Of a stretch of 64,000 nucleotides of DNA, positions 1 to 9,764 are shown piece by piece. The stretch spans positions 263,998 to 327,997 of the forward strand of contig CAWBKB010000004.1 in assembly GCA_963789265.1 (NCBI GenBank), given 5' to 3'. The position numbers and the translations under genes are program-made. Position 1 is the stretch's first letter. Every line of letters starts with the position of its first letter. The DNA comes from an uncultured delta proteobacterium (lineage in GTDB: Bacteria; Desulfobacterota; Desulfomonilia; Desulfomonilales; Desulfomonilaceae). The notes beneath the pieces were generated by a model that searched no databases, was not told the origin of the DNA, and saw only the letters and a program-made list of their open reading frames with translations.

Positions 1-378
1 AACGTTGGTCTTACGCTGCCCGCTCATGGGGAGCCTATTCAATCGCTCAGGGAACGTGCGAATTTCTTGCAACATCACCATAAACAACGACTGAAAGTCA
101 CTTATGAGGCTTGCGGTGAGCCCCGTTCCATCTGGGATATTGCGACTATGCCTGGTTACTTCGAAACTTATGTCGATCCGAACAAGTTTAATTTCCTCGC
201 CGGAACAGAGGCTCTGGTGCACGTAGAACTTCTCAATATGGTCGGCGGTCTGAATCGTTGCTATATTCAAGACCAGGTGCATTATTTTCAAAAATCCGGG
301 GAACCCTTCGAGGATGTGTATTCCAGGATAGCGGCGCTTGTTGCCGATAAAAGGACGAATACGATTATGCGATATTAG
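1..378 (+). CDS. MBL-fold metallo-hydrolase, C-terminal part (5' end lies outside the window)
   Basis: Frame 1 is open from base 1 and translates as NVGLTLPAHGEPIQSL..., resembling the late HG-containing motif of metallo-beta-lactamase-fold proteins. The listed ORF 67..378 is only the part after an internal TTG. Confidence 0.45.
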   Translation, partial: NVGLTLPAHGEPIQSLRERANFLQHHHKQRLKVTYEACGEPRSIWDIATMPGYFETYVDPNKFNFLAGTEALVHVELLNMVGGLNRCYIQDQVHYFQKSGEPFEDVYSRIAALVADKRTNTIMRY

Positions 379-604
379 TATTACGTCTCGGAAACAGCCG
401 GACGAACAGAAATTGTGTCTGAATGGCCGCGTTATGATCTGGTAGGCGAAACGCATCGGCTGTGGGACAGACGTGAATGATATTTTTTCACGCGACTCAT
501 ACAGCCTCTGTCGGCGGGCAGGATGCCCACCCCACGGATGCAATATCCTGCGCGACTCGTGGAGCCGCCACATCGGCGATTCTGAATTACTGTGAGACAA
601 GACT

Positions 605-1225
605 ATGGCAAAGCGTTCCAGGGAGTCGAAGCTGATGGAAGAGCCTTCGGAAGTATTGTGTGAGGTTTGCACAAAGAAACGGGGAATTAATCTTAAGACA
701 CTGGAAGAAGTCATCATACTGGCTGTAGAAATAGCGCGGGAGGGTCGGGAAGGTAGAAGAATCGGAACCATGTTCGTGGTCTCCGATTCGGATGAAGTCC
801 TGAAACGTTCCCAAAACTTGATCTTGGACCCACTCTACGGCCATCCCAACAACAAGAAGCGGCTGATCGATCCGGACGTGCGAGAAACTATCAAAGAGCT
901 GGCTCAACTGGACGGGGCTTTTGTTGTCTCGGATGGGGGCGTCGTGTTGTCGGCTTCCCGGTTTCTGGACGCGCCCTCGGAGGGGATAAAGATCCCATTA
1001 GGCTTCGGAGCCCGTCACATGGCTGCAGCAGCTATAACCAAAGCCACGAAAGCAGTAGGTGTTGTGGTTTCGGAAAGTTCCGTGGTGAGAGTGTTCGACG
1101 ATGGTGAGCTTGTTTCTGAAATAATTCCCGAGCTTTGGCTATTCAGCAGGTTCGGTCGTCATCTGATAGAGCCCTTTTCCAGGCGAACCGCTGAAAATTT
1201 AACGGTGATCAGCAAGGCGGAGTGA
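605..1225 (+). CDS. DAC (DisA_N) domain protein, putative diadenylate cyclase
   Basis: Motifs LDGAFVV (DGA) and LGFGARHMAAAAIT (RHR-like, here RHM), followed by VVVSESS. This order is typical of the DisA_N/DAC fold. ATG start at 605. Confidence 0.65.
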   Translation: MAKRSRESKLMEEPSEVLCEVCTKKRGINLKTLEEVIILAVEIAREGREGRRIGTMFVVSDSDEVLKRSQNLILDPLYGHPNNKKRLIDPDVRETIKELAQLDGAFVVSDGGVVLSASRFLDAPSEGIKIPLGFGARHMAAAAITKATKAVGVVVSESSVVRVFDDGELVSEIIPELWLFSRFGRHLIEPFSRRTAENLTVISKAE

Positions 1226-1491
1226 TTCAGGCCTATGGGACGCCAAAGAATCGCTGCTTCCAGAGAGTGGCTCCTAGTCGCTCTGGACACGTCTCATCTC
1301 CGTCGAGCATTTCCGCCTTTCTACGGCCCGCCAAACTTGGTCCAAGGACAGGAGCGGGTTTAGAGCGATGATTCTCTTGACCTCGGTCCCTGCTCAGTGT
1401 ACAGAGTATAAGTTTTAGAATGACGGATCGCTGAGATCAGCGGCTGTTCTATCTCAGCAGATCATTAATACCGCGCGTCGGAGGACAAATT

Positions 1492-2604
1492 ATGATTCCT
1501 GTATGCGAACCGGTGCTTGACGGCCGAGAGATGAAATACGTAACGGAATGCATGGAGACCAACTGGATTTCCTCAGCCGGAAAATATATCTCCTTGTTCG
1601 AAGAAAAGTTCAGCCAATATTGCGGAGTTCCCTATGGAGTGGCGTGCAGCAACTGCACCACTGCTCTTCACATGTCTCTCGTAGCCTTGGACATCGGCCC
1701 CGGCGATGAGGTCATAATTCCTGACTTTACCCTGATTGTATCTGCCAACACTGTTATCTTGGCGGGAGCGCGCTCCGTGCTGGTGGACGTAGATTCGAAA
1801 ACATGGTGTATCGACGCGGCAATGATCGAGGCCAAGATAACCCCTCGGACCAAGGCCATAATGGTAGTCCACATGTACGGTCATCCTTGTGATATGGAAG
1901 CCATCATGGAGATTGCGAGACGCCACAATCTTCTGGTGATCGAGGACTGTGCACAAGCGCATGGCGCGGAAGTAAACGGAAAGAAGGCCGGCAGTTTCGG
2001 GGATGCCTCCTGCTTCAGCTTCTACGGCAACAAAATACTCACCACCGGTGAGGGTGGAATGGTGTTGTGCCGAGACGAGAAGCTTGCTGAAAGGCTACGC
2101 CTCTTGCGCAATCAAGGTTTTCAGGAGCCGCGTTTCGTGCATGATGTGGTGGCATTCAATTATCGCTTGACCAACATACAGGCCGCCATAGGAGTGGCTC
2201 AGACGGAATTGGTTGATGAAAAGGTCGCACGCAAAAGATGGATCGGCCAAGTATACAATGAACTTCTCGCGGGGAACCCGGATCTCACTCTGCCTCACGA
2301 GGAGCCGTGGGCCAAGAATGTATACTGGATGTACGGTGTGTTGTTGGAAGATAGTTTTGGAGTAACTAAAGACGATCTGATGAGGAAATTAAAGGAAAAG
2401 GGAGTGGATACTCGGTCATTTTTCTGCCCCATGAGCATGCAACCTATATTTCAGGGCTCAGATTCTCGGTTCCCCGACGTGACCGGAGCTTATCCGGTTT
2501 CTGTAGATCTATGGAATCGAGGGCTTTACCTGCCTTCAGGTCTAGGTTTAACCCGGCCGCAAATGGAAGAGGTTGTCGAGAAGTTGTTTGCGTGCCGGGC
2601 GTGA
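1492..2604 (+). CDS. DegT/DnrJ/EryC1/StrS family PLP-dependent sugar aminotransferase
   Basis: 370-aa ORF with GGAGGA RBS. Family-typical N-terminus (IPVCEPVL.G.E..YV..C) and the FYGNKILTTGEGGM lysine region. Confidence 0.9.
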   Translation: MIPVCEPVLDGREMKYVTECMETNWISSAGKYISLFEEKFSQYCGVPYGVACSNCTTALHMSLVALDIGPGDEVIIPDFTLIVSANTVILAGARSVLVDVDSKTWCIDAAMIEAKITPRTKAIMVVHMYGHPCDMEAIMEIARRHNLLVIEDCAQAHGAEVNGKKAGSFGDASCFSFYGNKILTTGEGGMVLCRDEKLAERLRLLRNQGFQEPRFVHDVVAFNYRLTNIQAAIGVAQTELVDEKVARKRWIGQVYNELLAGNPDLTLPHEEPWAKNVYWMYGVLLEDSFGVTKDDLMRKLKEKGVDTRSFFCPMSMQPIFQGSDSRFPDVTGAYPVSVDLWNRGLYLPSGLGLTRPQMEEVVEKLFACRA

Positions 2605-2676
2605 GAGGGCCGTGCTCGAATTTATGAAATGGAGCGCTCTGTTTCATAAATTTGACCGCGTATTTTCACGGTTGGG

Positions 2677-2746
2677 ATTGCTTCGTCGTTTCACTCCTCG
2701 CAATGACATTCCCACTACCTGTCATTGCGAGCGCAGCGAAGCAATC
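2677..2746. repeat. Palindromic REP-like element, GTCATTGCGAG...GAAGCAATC family
   Basis: Arms gattgcttcgtcgtttcactcctcgcaatgac (2677-2707) and gtcattgcgagcgcagcgaagcaatc (2721-2746) are inverted copies. The same motif recurs at 13575, 29512, 30893, 38954, 39206 and 52640. Confidence 0.8.
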
Positions 2747-2816
2747 TTCTTCCCGGGTTGTTAATGTCACCGTATTTGCGAAATGGAGTACTTAGCATTC
2801 ATTCGGAGGTGTTTGA

Positions 2817-3530
2817 GTGGAACGAGATGCCCGGATCTCTATTGTGCTAGCCACTTACAATGAACGCGAAAATATTGTTGACACGATTCAAAGTATTTTC
2901 GATCACGTGAAAGATCCTGTGGAAGTCATTGTTGTCGATGACGATTCCGCGGACGAGACATGGCAACTAGTGGAAAATCTTCAAGATCCCCGCATTGTGG
3001 TCATCCGCCGGGTAGACACGCGCGGTTTGGCATCGGCGTTCAATCGGGGCATCATAGAATCGCGCGGTGAAATTGTCGGCTGGCTGGATGCCGACATGTG
3101 CATGCCCCCGTCGATGTTGCCGGGGATGATCGACAAATTGAATGAGTACGACATCGTAATCGGGTCGCGTTATGCCCTGGGCGGAAAGGACGACAGGGCT
3201 GCACTTCGTGTCATATCGAGCCGCTTGATCAACGGCCTGGCCGGATTGGTATTGGGATACGGAATCAAAGATTACGACAGCGGCTTCGTCGTTTTGCGAA
3301 GAACCGTGTTTAACAAGGTTTCGATTATCCCTACAGGATATGGCGCTTATTTTATGGAATTTCTGTACACCTGTCGCAAGAAGGGCTTGACGGTTTGCGA
3401 GATACCGTACGTGTTTCGTGATCGAGCGAAAGGAATATCCAAATCAGCCCCCAGCATATACAGATTCTTCAAGACGGGCATGCAATACGTCATCCGCATA
3501 TTTATAGCCCGCCTGCGCAGGATTGACTGA
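2817..3530 (+). CDS. Glycosyltransferase family 2 (polyprenyl-phosphate sugar transferase-like)
   Basis: N-terminal ISIVLATYNEREN and VVDDDSADET motifs. GTG start preceded by GGAGGTG. Stop overlaps the next start (TGATG). Confidence 0.85.
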   Translation: MERDARISIVLATYNERENIVDTIQSIFDHVKDPVEVIVVDDDSADETWQLVENLQDPRIVVIRRVDTRGLASAFNRGIIESRGEIVGWLDADMCMPPSMLPGMIDKLNEYDIVIGSRYALGGKDDRAALRVISSRLINGLAGLVLGYGIKDYDSGFVVLRRTVFNKVSIIPTGYGAYFMEFLYTCRKKGLTVCEIPYVFRDRAKGISKSAPSIYRFFKTGMQYVIRIFIARLRRID

Positions 3531-3904
3531 TGGAGCATGAGATACTGAATCCTTCTTTCGAACGAATCGACGATCGAGGAACATTTCGGGAGGTACTAAA
3601 CGGCGGTCATTGGGAGGCTTTGATCTGCGGCCGCATGAAGCCCGACGCTGTGATGGGCAATCATTATCACAAAAGAACAGTGATTTTTTTCTGTGTTACC
3701 AGTGGCTCGGCGAAGATCGCTACAATCCATGTGGAAACCGGGGAAAGGGATGCTTTCTTATTGAAATCCGGTGAAGGCGTGATCTTGAACACTAACGAAT
3801 CACACGCAATTCGATTCATTGACGAGTCGGATTTTGTCATGCTCAAGTCGCTAAGGTACGACCCTGCCGATCCCGACACCTATAAGTACCCTGTAAAGGA
3901 ATGA
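3530..3904 (+). CDS. Cupin-fold protein, WxcM/FdtA-like sugar-nucleotide isomerase domain
   Basis: 124 aa with GNHYHK....F and ESHAI cupin His motifs. Translationally coupled to the upstream GT2. Confidence 0.55.
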   Translation: MEHEILNPSFERIDDRGTFREVLNGGHWEALICGRMKPDAVMGNHYHKRTVIFFCVTSGSAKIATIHVETGERDAFLLKSGEGVILNTNESHAIRFIDESDFVMLKSLRYDPADPDTYKYPVKE

Positions 3905-3911
3905 CTTTTCA

Positions 3912-4668
3912 TTGGAATCCCACGAGTATCAAACCTTATTCGATCTGGAGCCCTCTTACTGGTGGTTCAGGGGGCTTCATCTGATGATCTTGGACACATT
4001 ATCCGCGTTGGGACTTGAGGGCCAAGATCCGGTTTCTGGACGCGGGGTGCGGCACGGGACAGAACCTCATCAACATTGGCCGGCAAGTCTCTTCCCGAGC
4101 TTATGGGTTCGACGTATCGCCCGAGGCCGCTCTCTTTTGCAAGAAGAGAGAGCTTACAAATATATGCCGCGCCTCGATCAACGATATGCCGTTTGCCTCG
4201 GAGACTTTCTCGGCTGTTGTTTCCATAGACGTGTTTGAATGCGATTCAGTGCTCGAGGACAAGGCATACGGTGAAATCTGGAGAGTGCTGAAACCCGGGG
4301 GTTACCTGGTTCTGGTCGTCCCTGCGTATGAGTGGCTCATGAGCTCGGAACATCACAAGGCGGTTCACGCCTCTAGACGATATTCAAAAAGCGGGCTGGC
4401 GGCCTTGATCTCAAAACGCCCGGTGCAAGTGATTCGCATGACACACCTTTTCGCGTCGCTCTTTCCCCTTATAGCCTCTTATCGCCTGGTGCTCCGCTTA
4501 GTGGCCGGGAATTCTGATGGACCACCTCGATCTGAACTCAAGCCGATGCACCCTGCGTTCAACAGTTTGCTTTTCGGTATTGTTAAGGCCGAACGTCAGT
4601 TCCTCCGGCTGACAGATCTTCCATTCGGTAGTTCCATAATGGCTGTTGTTCGGAAAGTTGGTCGCTGA
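3912..4668 (+). pseudogene. Class I SAM-dependent methyltransferase, reading frame disrupted near 4010-4025
   Basis: The N-terminal part (ESHEYQTLFDLEPSYWWFRGLHLMILDTL) lies in the frame of 3912. The SAM-binding motif I, IRFLDAGCGTGQNL, and the rest lie in the +1 frame (ORF 4015..4668). That frame is closed upstream by a TGA at 3985. Confidence 0.7.
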
Positions 4669-5276
4669 TGGGCGACAAGTCGTGGCAACTTGGGGCCCCC
4701 GGCTCCCTAACCTACCGATTGTACGACGCGTTGCGGAATCAACTGAACGGCAAACTGGTAAGTTATCTCCGGGGCCGCGGAATAAACCATGGCAAGTGCA
4801 AAGTGCTGGAAGCGGGCTCGGGACCTGCCTTTGCATCCTCGATTCTTGCGCAGGACAAACGGGTGGAACTCTGTGTGGCAGTTGACCTTGACATTGAGGC
4901 ACTGCATGAAGCGCGCCGCCGCGATCCAGGTTTATGTCTGGTTGTCGCAGACGTGCGCAATCTGCCCTTCAAGACCGAAACGTTCGATCTTTCCTGGAAC
5001 AGCAGCACCGTCGAACATCTGCCAATCCCTTGTACTGCCGTATCCGAGATGGCACGTGTCACGCGGAAAGGCGGAAAGGTCTTCGTGGGTGTCCCGAATG
5101 TTTACGGCCCGTTGGGATTCGAACGTTGGATTCGGGAGACTTCGGTGGGCATCTGGATTGGACAGACTTTTACCGGCTCCGAGCTAAAAGAAGTGCTAAT
5201 GCAGTCAGGACTCAAGCCGCAACACTCGCTCTTCTATTTCTTCCGCTTTTTTGTCGGTATGCTTGCAGAAAAATAA
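4668..5276 (+). CDS. Class I SAM-dependent methyltransferase
   Basis: KVLEAGSGPAF (motif I-like) and FDLSWNSSTVEHL. Its start overlaps the previous stop (TGATG). Confidence 0.75.
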   Translation: MGDKSWQLGAPGSLTYRLYDALRNQLNGKLVSYLRGRGINHGKCKVLEAGSGPAFASSILAQDKRVELCVAVDLDIEALHEARRRDPGLCLVVADVRNLPFKTETFDLSWNSSTVEHLPIPCTAVSEMARVTRKGGKVFVGVPNVYGPLGFERWIRETSVGIWIGQTFTGSELKEVLMQSGLKPQHSLFYFFRFFVGMLAEK

Positions 5277-5534
5277 CATGGCGTTCCCGTCGTAGCGAAT
5301 GACGCGATTTCCCCGCGATTTGCGGGGATAACCGCATCCTTATATGTTATTCCACCCTGAATCGGGGTGCCGTAGGCGCTGACTCAAGGCCAGTCTGTTG
5401 TTTTTGAAAGGGGCCAAGGGCCTTCAAAGTCCACCTTTTCTAAAGTGGGATTTTGGGGTATAGGCGTTAAAACAAAGCATCCCTTGCAACCTTATGAGCC
5501 CCAGGGGGGCGCCGAGATAGTAGCCCGGCGCTTC

Positions 5535-7212
5535 AGAAACTGTCTCAAAAGTCGATTTTGGGCTCGCGATTCTCAACCGATTCTACTAATGAGATGTGAA
5601 AAGAGAATCGGAGAGGGAAAGGATTATGCCGCAAATCAGAGCCGACTACAAGCAGGTGTTTCTGCTTCCGCCCGCTATAGATGACTGGATAGGGCCTGAT
5701 CATCCAGCGCGCTTCATAGGAGACTTTGTGGATTCCTTGGATTTGGAGGTGCTGGGTTTTCGAGTTCCGAATGGCGAAACGGGCCGTCCTCCCTATAGTA
5801 CCGATCTTTTGTTGAAGGCATGGCTCTACGGCTATTTCAGCAGAATCAGGTCATCGCGCAAGCTTGAGAAGGCATGCATGGAGAACATGGGATTGATTTG
5901 GCTGACGGGTATGAATGCAGCGGATCATAATACCCTGTGGCGATTCTGGAGGGACAACAAGAAGGTTTTCAAGGGAATATTCAAACAATCGGTTCAAGTG
6001 GCAGTCAAAGCCGAGTTGATAGGTATGGCGGTTCATGCATTGGATGGAACCAAGATCCCTGTCGGATCATCTCGGGAGAAGTTCAAGAACCAAGATCAGT
6101 TGGAGCGGATGCTTGAGAATTTGGACAAGTGCGTTGCCGACGTCATGACGGAGACAGAGAGGTGCGAGCAAGAGGAGGGTGGCGAATGGCGTCTTCCCGA
6201 AGCCCTGCAGGACGAGTTGAAACGCAAGGAGCGGATACAGAAGGCCTTGCAGGAATTGGATAAGACTGACAAGAAGGTCGTCCATCCCTGCGAGCCGGAT
6301 GCCCGGTACATGAAGAACCGGCGGTCTACTGAGCCCTCTTACAATGCTCAAGCGGTGGCAGACCAACAAAGCGGCATGATTGTGGCTGAGGAAGTGGTCG
6401 ACGAAGGCAATGACAATGGGCAGCTTGTTCCCATGCTGGATCGAGTTCAGGAAAATTTGGGCGCAACCGCAGAGGAAACCGTGGCGGACGCAGGATACTT
6501 CGCATCGGCTCAAATCGCGTTGGCCGAAGAGAAGGAGTACGAGGTCTTGGTCGCCAAGTCGTCGGGAGAGTCCGCTGCGGAAAAAGGCGCTCAATGGGAC
6601 CCTTATCACGCTTCCCAGTTCGTCTACGACCAAGAGCGAGACGTCTGTATTTGTCCGCAAGGCGCATCGCTGAACTTTCTTCAGAAGAAAGTCACAGGAA
6701 AAAACGGAAACGAGATCCGGCGGTATCGATGCCGGGACTACTTGACGTGTCCTGAACGGTGGAAGTGCAGCAAGAGCAAGAATGGCCGTCTCATAGACAT
6801 TAACATCTATCGTGACGCAGTTGAGCGCCACCGCAAGAAACGGGAGGTCCCGGAAAGCAAGACGCTACTCCGAGCCCGCAAGGTGATCATTGAGCCGGTC
6901 TTTGCATGGATAAAGAGCCACTTGGACTTTAGACGGTGGACCGTGTCCGGATTATCCAATGCGAGGGCTCAATGGTCTTTGATGTGCGCCACCTTGAATC
7001 TCAAGAAGCTCTACAGCCATTGGCTGACGGGGCGTCTGGTGCTAACCGCGGCCTAAGACATCAGGACGGAGAGTGACTCATGGCTGCCTGAGGCATACTC
7101 ATAGCCGGCCCCGGCTCGTCGGAGACAAGGGAGGCCAAGGTGCGAGATTAACCGCACCCTACCACCCCGAGAGTCGTCATCGTGCCACTACAACCGTTTT
7201 GAGACACTCTCT
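5535..7212 (+). mobile_element. IS1182-family insertion sequence (boundaries approximate)
   Basis: A single transposase ORF is flanked by imperfect terminal inverted repeats: AGAAACTGTCTCAAAA (5535-5550) and its complement at 7197-7212 (TTTTGAGACACTCTCT). The core is 10/10 identical and I count about 13/16 overall. Confidence 0.55.
5626..7056 (+). CDS. IS1182-family (IS5-like) DDE transposase
   Basis: N-terminus MPQIRADYKQVFLLPP..DDWI..DHPARFI...GRPPYSTDLLLKAWLYGYFSRIRSSRKLEKAC is the characteristic IS1182/DUF772 N-domain. ATG at 5626 follows GAGAGGGAAAGG. Confidence 0.9.
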   Translation: MPQIRADYKQVFLLPPAIDDWIGPDHPARFIGDFVDSLDLEVLGFRVPNGETGRPPYSTDLLLKAWLYGYFSRIRSSRKLEKACMENMGLIWLTGMNAADHNTLWRFWRDNKKVFKGIFKQSVQVAVKAELIGMAVHALDGTKIPVGSSREKFKNQDQLERMLENLDKCVADVMTETERCEQEEGGEWRLPEALQDELKRKERIQKALQELDKTDKKVVHPCEPDARYMKNRRSTEPSYNAQAVADQQSGMIVAEEVVDEGNDNGQLVPMLDRVQENLGATAEETVADAGYFASAQIALAEEKEYEVLVAKSSGESAAEKGAQWDPYHASQFVYDQERDVCICPQGASLNFLQKKVTGKNGNEIRRYRCRDYLTCPERWKCSKSKNGRLIDINIYRDAVERHRKKREVPESKTLLRARKVIIEPVFAWIKSHLDFRRWTVSGLSNARAQWSLMCATLNLKKLYSHWLTGRLVLTAA

Positions 7213-7247
7213 TCATTGCCGGGTAAGGGACCAATTATGTACTGGTT

Positions 7248-7383
7248 CTGCGTCCCATAGGGACGCTTGAAAGATTGATTTCTAGGATGACATTCGGGCG
7301 TCCCTATGGGACGCAGAGGTTCTCCATTGACTCTTTTCCCGGCGCTGAAGCACCGGTCTACTATCAAAACGTCCCTACGGGAC
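7248..7383. repeat. Cluster of three GTCCC-NNN-GGGAC hairpin (REP-like) units
   Basis: ctgcgtcccatagggacgc (7248-7266) is the exact reverse complement of gcgtccctatgggacgcag (7298-7316). A third unit, acgtccctacgggac, lies at 7369-7383, and a half-unit cctatgggacgc occurs near 1233. Confidence 0.75.
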
Positions 7384-7489
7384 AACCGCGTAGTGGCCAA
7401 CGGATGAACGCATTTAAGCGCCTATGGGTTAAAGAGGATTTTCTCAAAATTTGGAACGCGAATAGGTAGAGACTTTCTTGCAAAGAAGT

Positions 7490-8782
7490 CTACGCCACAC
7501 TTGCCGCCTTGAATGCAACGTCTCCTGATTCCTCCTGGACCAAGGCTTCCGCAACCAGGTTCGAAAGAAATTCCACCTTGACCCCCAATTCGTAATGCTC
7601 GTTGAGATCGGAAAGCTGACTGTAACAGTTCTCGCACGCGGTGCAAAGGATCCGGGCCCCGGTGGCCTTGACCTGGTCGGCCTTGACCTTGGCAGACTTC
7701 ATCCGGAAATCTTTCTCACCGATAACCACAAGCCCGCCGCCGCCACCACAACACCAGTTCGCCTGACGATTTGGCTGCATTTCCACAAAGTCGGCGCTGA
7801 GGCTCCTCAAGATTTCCCGAGGTTGCTCGTAAATCCCTCCGTTTCGTGCGATCTGGCACGGATCGTGGTACGTGATTCTCCCGTTTGTCTTGGACTTGTC
7901 CAACTTGATGCGCCCTTCTCTCAAATAGCGAGCGATCAGCTCTACAAAAGTGATGACTTTGAACGGATGCTCACCTGTCATGTGCCTCATAACGCGATAG
8001 GCAGTGCCGCATTCGCAGATGGCCACTTCGGGAACCTCTAGGCGAACGGCTTCGTCAACGATCCGTTGGGCAATCTCTTTTGTCTTCTTGGGGTGTCCGA
8101 CGAATGCGCCGAAGTTGACTGCCTCGAAGTAGCTGAGCGACCATTTTTCGCCCGCTGCGTTCATGATAGCGGCCGCGGGAATAATCGAGTGCTTTCCGGC
8201 AAGTGCCACGTAAAGCACGTTTGCTCCCTTGACGTCCAGCGGGATGGCATCCGCGCCGGCTTCACCGCGCCACTTTTCAATCACCTCGGCTTCAAGCTTG
8301 TGCACTGCCTCGCCAAAATTCGCTTTGGTGGCCTCAATATTTTCACCCTTGGCAATCGACACGTCTGCAAGCATGCTCAGCACTTTCGGTTCCATATCCG
8401 CACCAATGAGCATTAACTTTGCAATGGACTGGATGAGCTGCGTGTCAATGCCGAATGGGCAAAATGTCATACAACGACGACAGCCCGTGCAAGTGTATGC
8501 GGTCTCGTTGACCTTCTCCATCCAATAGTCGTCCAGTTCCACCGCTTCGTTGAGCCAGGGCGCTATCTTTCCCGAAAACTTGAAGTACTTTTCGTAGAGT
8601 CGGCGTATGTTCTGTGCTCGGCCCACTGCCGTGTAACGCGTCTCCGGAGACGAGGCGTAAACATGGCATGCCTCAACGCACATGCCACAGCGCGAACAAT
8701 TCTCCAGATACATGCGCGCCGCTCGGTTAAGTTTACCCGAGAAGAGTTCAAGCAGTTGTCGGCGTTTTTCATGGTCCATCAT
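7490..8782 (-). CDS. HdrD/DsrK-like Fe-S oxidoreductase (two ferredoxin-type Cys clusters plus CCG domains)
   Basis: Motifs CSRCGMCVEACHVY, CTGCRRCMTFCPFG, CECGTAYRV, HDPCQIARNGG and WCCGGGGG. The start is taken at ATG 8782 (MMDHEKRR), which overlaps the upstream stop as TAATG. The longer listed ORF to 9019 overlaps the upstream gene. Confidence 0.8.
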   Translation of the reverse strand: MMDHEKRRQLLELFSGKLNRAARMYLENCSRCGMCVEACHVYASSPETRYTAVGRAQNIRRLYEKYFKFSGKIAPWLNEAVELDDYWMEKVNETAYTCTGCRRCMTFCPFGIDTQLIQSIAKLMLIGADMEPKVLSMLADVSIAKGENIEATKANFGEAVHKLEAEVIEKWRGEAGADAIPLDVKGANVLYVALAGKHSIIPAAAIMNAAGEKWSLSYFEAVNFGAFVGHPKKTKEIAQRIVDEAVRLEVPEVAICECGTAYRVMRHMTGEHPFKVITFVELIARYLREGRIKLDKSKTNGRITYHDPCQIARNGGIYEQPREILRSLSADFVEMQPNRQANWCCGGGGGLVVIGEKDFRMKSAKVKADQVKATGARILCTACENCYSQLSDLNEHYELGVKVEFLSNLVAEALVQEESGDVAFKAASVA

Positions 8783-9495
8783 TAAGCCCTCCGCAGCAGG
8801 TTCAGCGGCACTGCAAAGAAACTGTGCATTATCTTGCTGAACGGTAGAATCATGAGGAACAAGTTGGCCAGTAACACGTGCGTTCCGACGATCACATAGT
8901 GAGAACCCGAGAGCATGGTGCGGGGGTCTGCAAATGTGAACGTGACGAGGTTGCTCAGATAGGAGCCCAGGTCCTGTTTGGTGATGACAAAACCATCCGG
9001 GCTCCAGGAATTTCCCCAACTGACAACGTCACCGGTAAGGAAGATGCAAAACAGCAGGCACAAAATCAGATAGTCGGCAGGGACAGACAAGTCCCGTACT
9101 GGCGTGCGGAAGCGGCGCAATAGGAAATAGATCACGGATATGGTGAGCACTACCCCCACAGCTCCGTGGCCGATCATGTCCGGAGAATCCGGACTCGTAA
9201 GCCGCAATTGAGGTATCAGATCGAGGTGCGAGATTATGAGTAACGCGATGGCTCCATGGAAGGCCAACAGGAAAACCCAAAATACCGGCTTGTGCTTTCT
9301 GACGGAAGGCATGGTAAATGCGTCCTTTACAGCGGCCAGAAAGGGGGTCTTGCTCTCAGGGAATATTTTCAGCGTATTCGGCATCTCGGGGGCCCGTACA
9401 ATGCCGATGACTTTTGCCGTGATGCCCACAATGCACCAGACAAATGCCAGATATACCATGGGCACCATGATGAGATAAAAGATTTTGTCTATCAT
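8782..9495 (-). CDS. NarI/DsrM/HdrE-like integral membrane cytochrome b
   Basis: 237 aa with about five hydrophobic helices. His-containing helices (FHGAIALLIISH, GTHVLLANL) and a C-terminal PFSKIMH motif are typical of the nitrate reductase gamma-subunit family. Confidence 0.7.
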   Translation of the reverse strand: MIDKIFYLIMVPMVYLAFVWCIVGITAKVIGIVRAPEMPNTLKIFPESKTPFLAAVKDAFTMPSVRKHKPVFWVFLLAFHGAIALLIISHLDLIPQLRLTSPDSPDMIGHGAVGVVLTISVIYFLLRRFRTPVRDLSVPADYLILCLLFCIFLTGDVVSWGNSWSPDGFVITKQDLGSYLSNLVTFTFADPRTMLSGSHYVIVGTHVLLANLFLMILPFSKIMHSFFAVPLNLLRRA

Positions 9496-9513
9496 GACTC
9501 ATTCTCGTACCGG

Positions 9514-9753
9514 CTATTTGAGCCGCTTGACGAATATTTTGATGACGCCGTTACCTTGCTCGGATTCCAGCACTTCATGACCCGTAGTCTTGGCCCAGGC
9601 GGGAAAGTCCGAAAGTGAGCCGGGATCGGTCGTATGCACTTCAATGACCTCACCGACTCCTACAGAGTTTATTTCCTGGCTGATCTTGACAACAGGCATG
9701 GGACATGGAAGTCCTTTGACGTCCAGCACTTTCGAAACAGTGTGTTCTGACAT
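9514..9753 (-). CDS. tusA: TusA/SirA-family sulfur carrier protein
   Basis: 79 aa with LDVKGLPCPMPVVK (the CPxP active-site motif). Confidence 0.85.
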   Translation of the reverse strand: MSEHTVSKVLDVKGLPCPMPVVKISQEINSVGVGEVIEVHTTDPGSLSDFPAWAKTTGHEVLESEQGNGVIKIFVKRLK

Positions 9754-9764
9754 TTTGCTACTCC

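Noticed and set aside
6067-6831. 254-aa minus-strand ORF inside the IS element
   Set aside because: It is antisense to the clearly recognisable IS1182 transposase and has a low-complexity Leu/Arg-rich translation with no motifs.
8783-9019. N-terminal 79-aa extension of the HdrD-like ORF as listed (7490..9019)
   Set aside because: The extension overlaps the upstream membrane-protein gene in another frame. The conserved sequence starts at MMDHEKRR, with a TAATG stop/start overlap at 8782.
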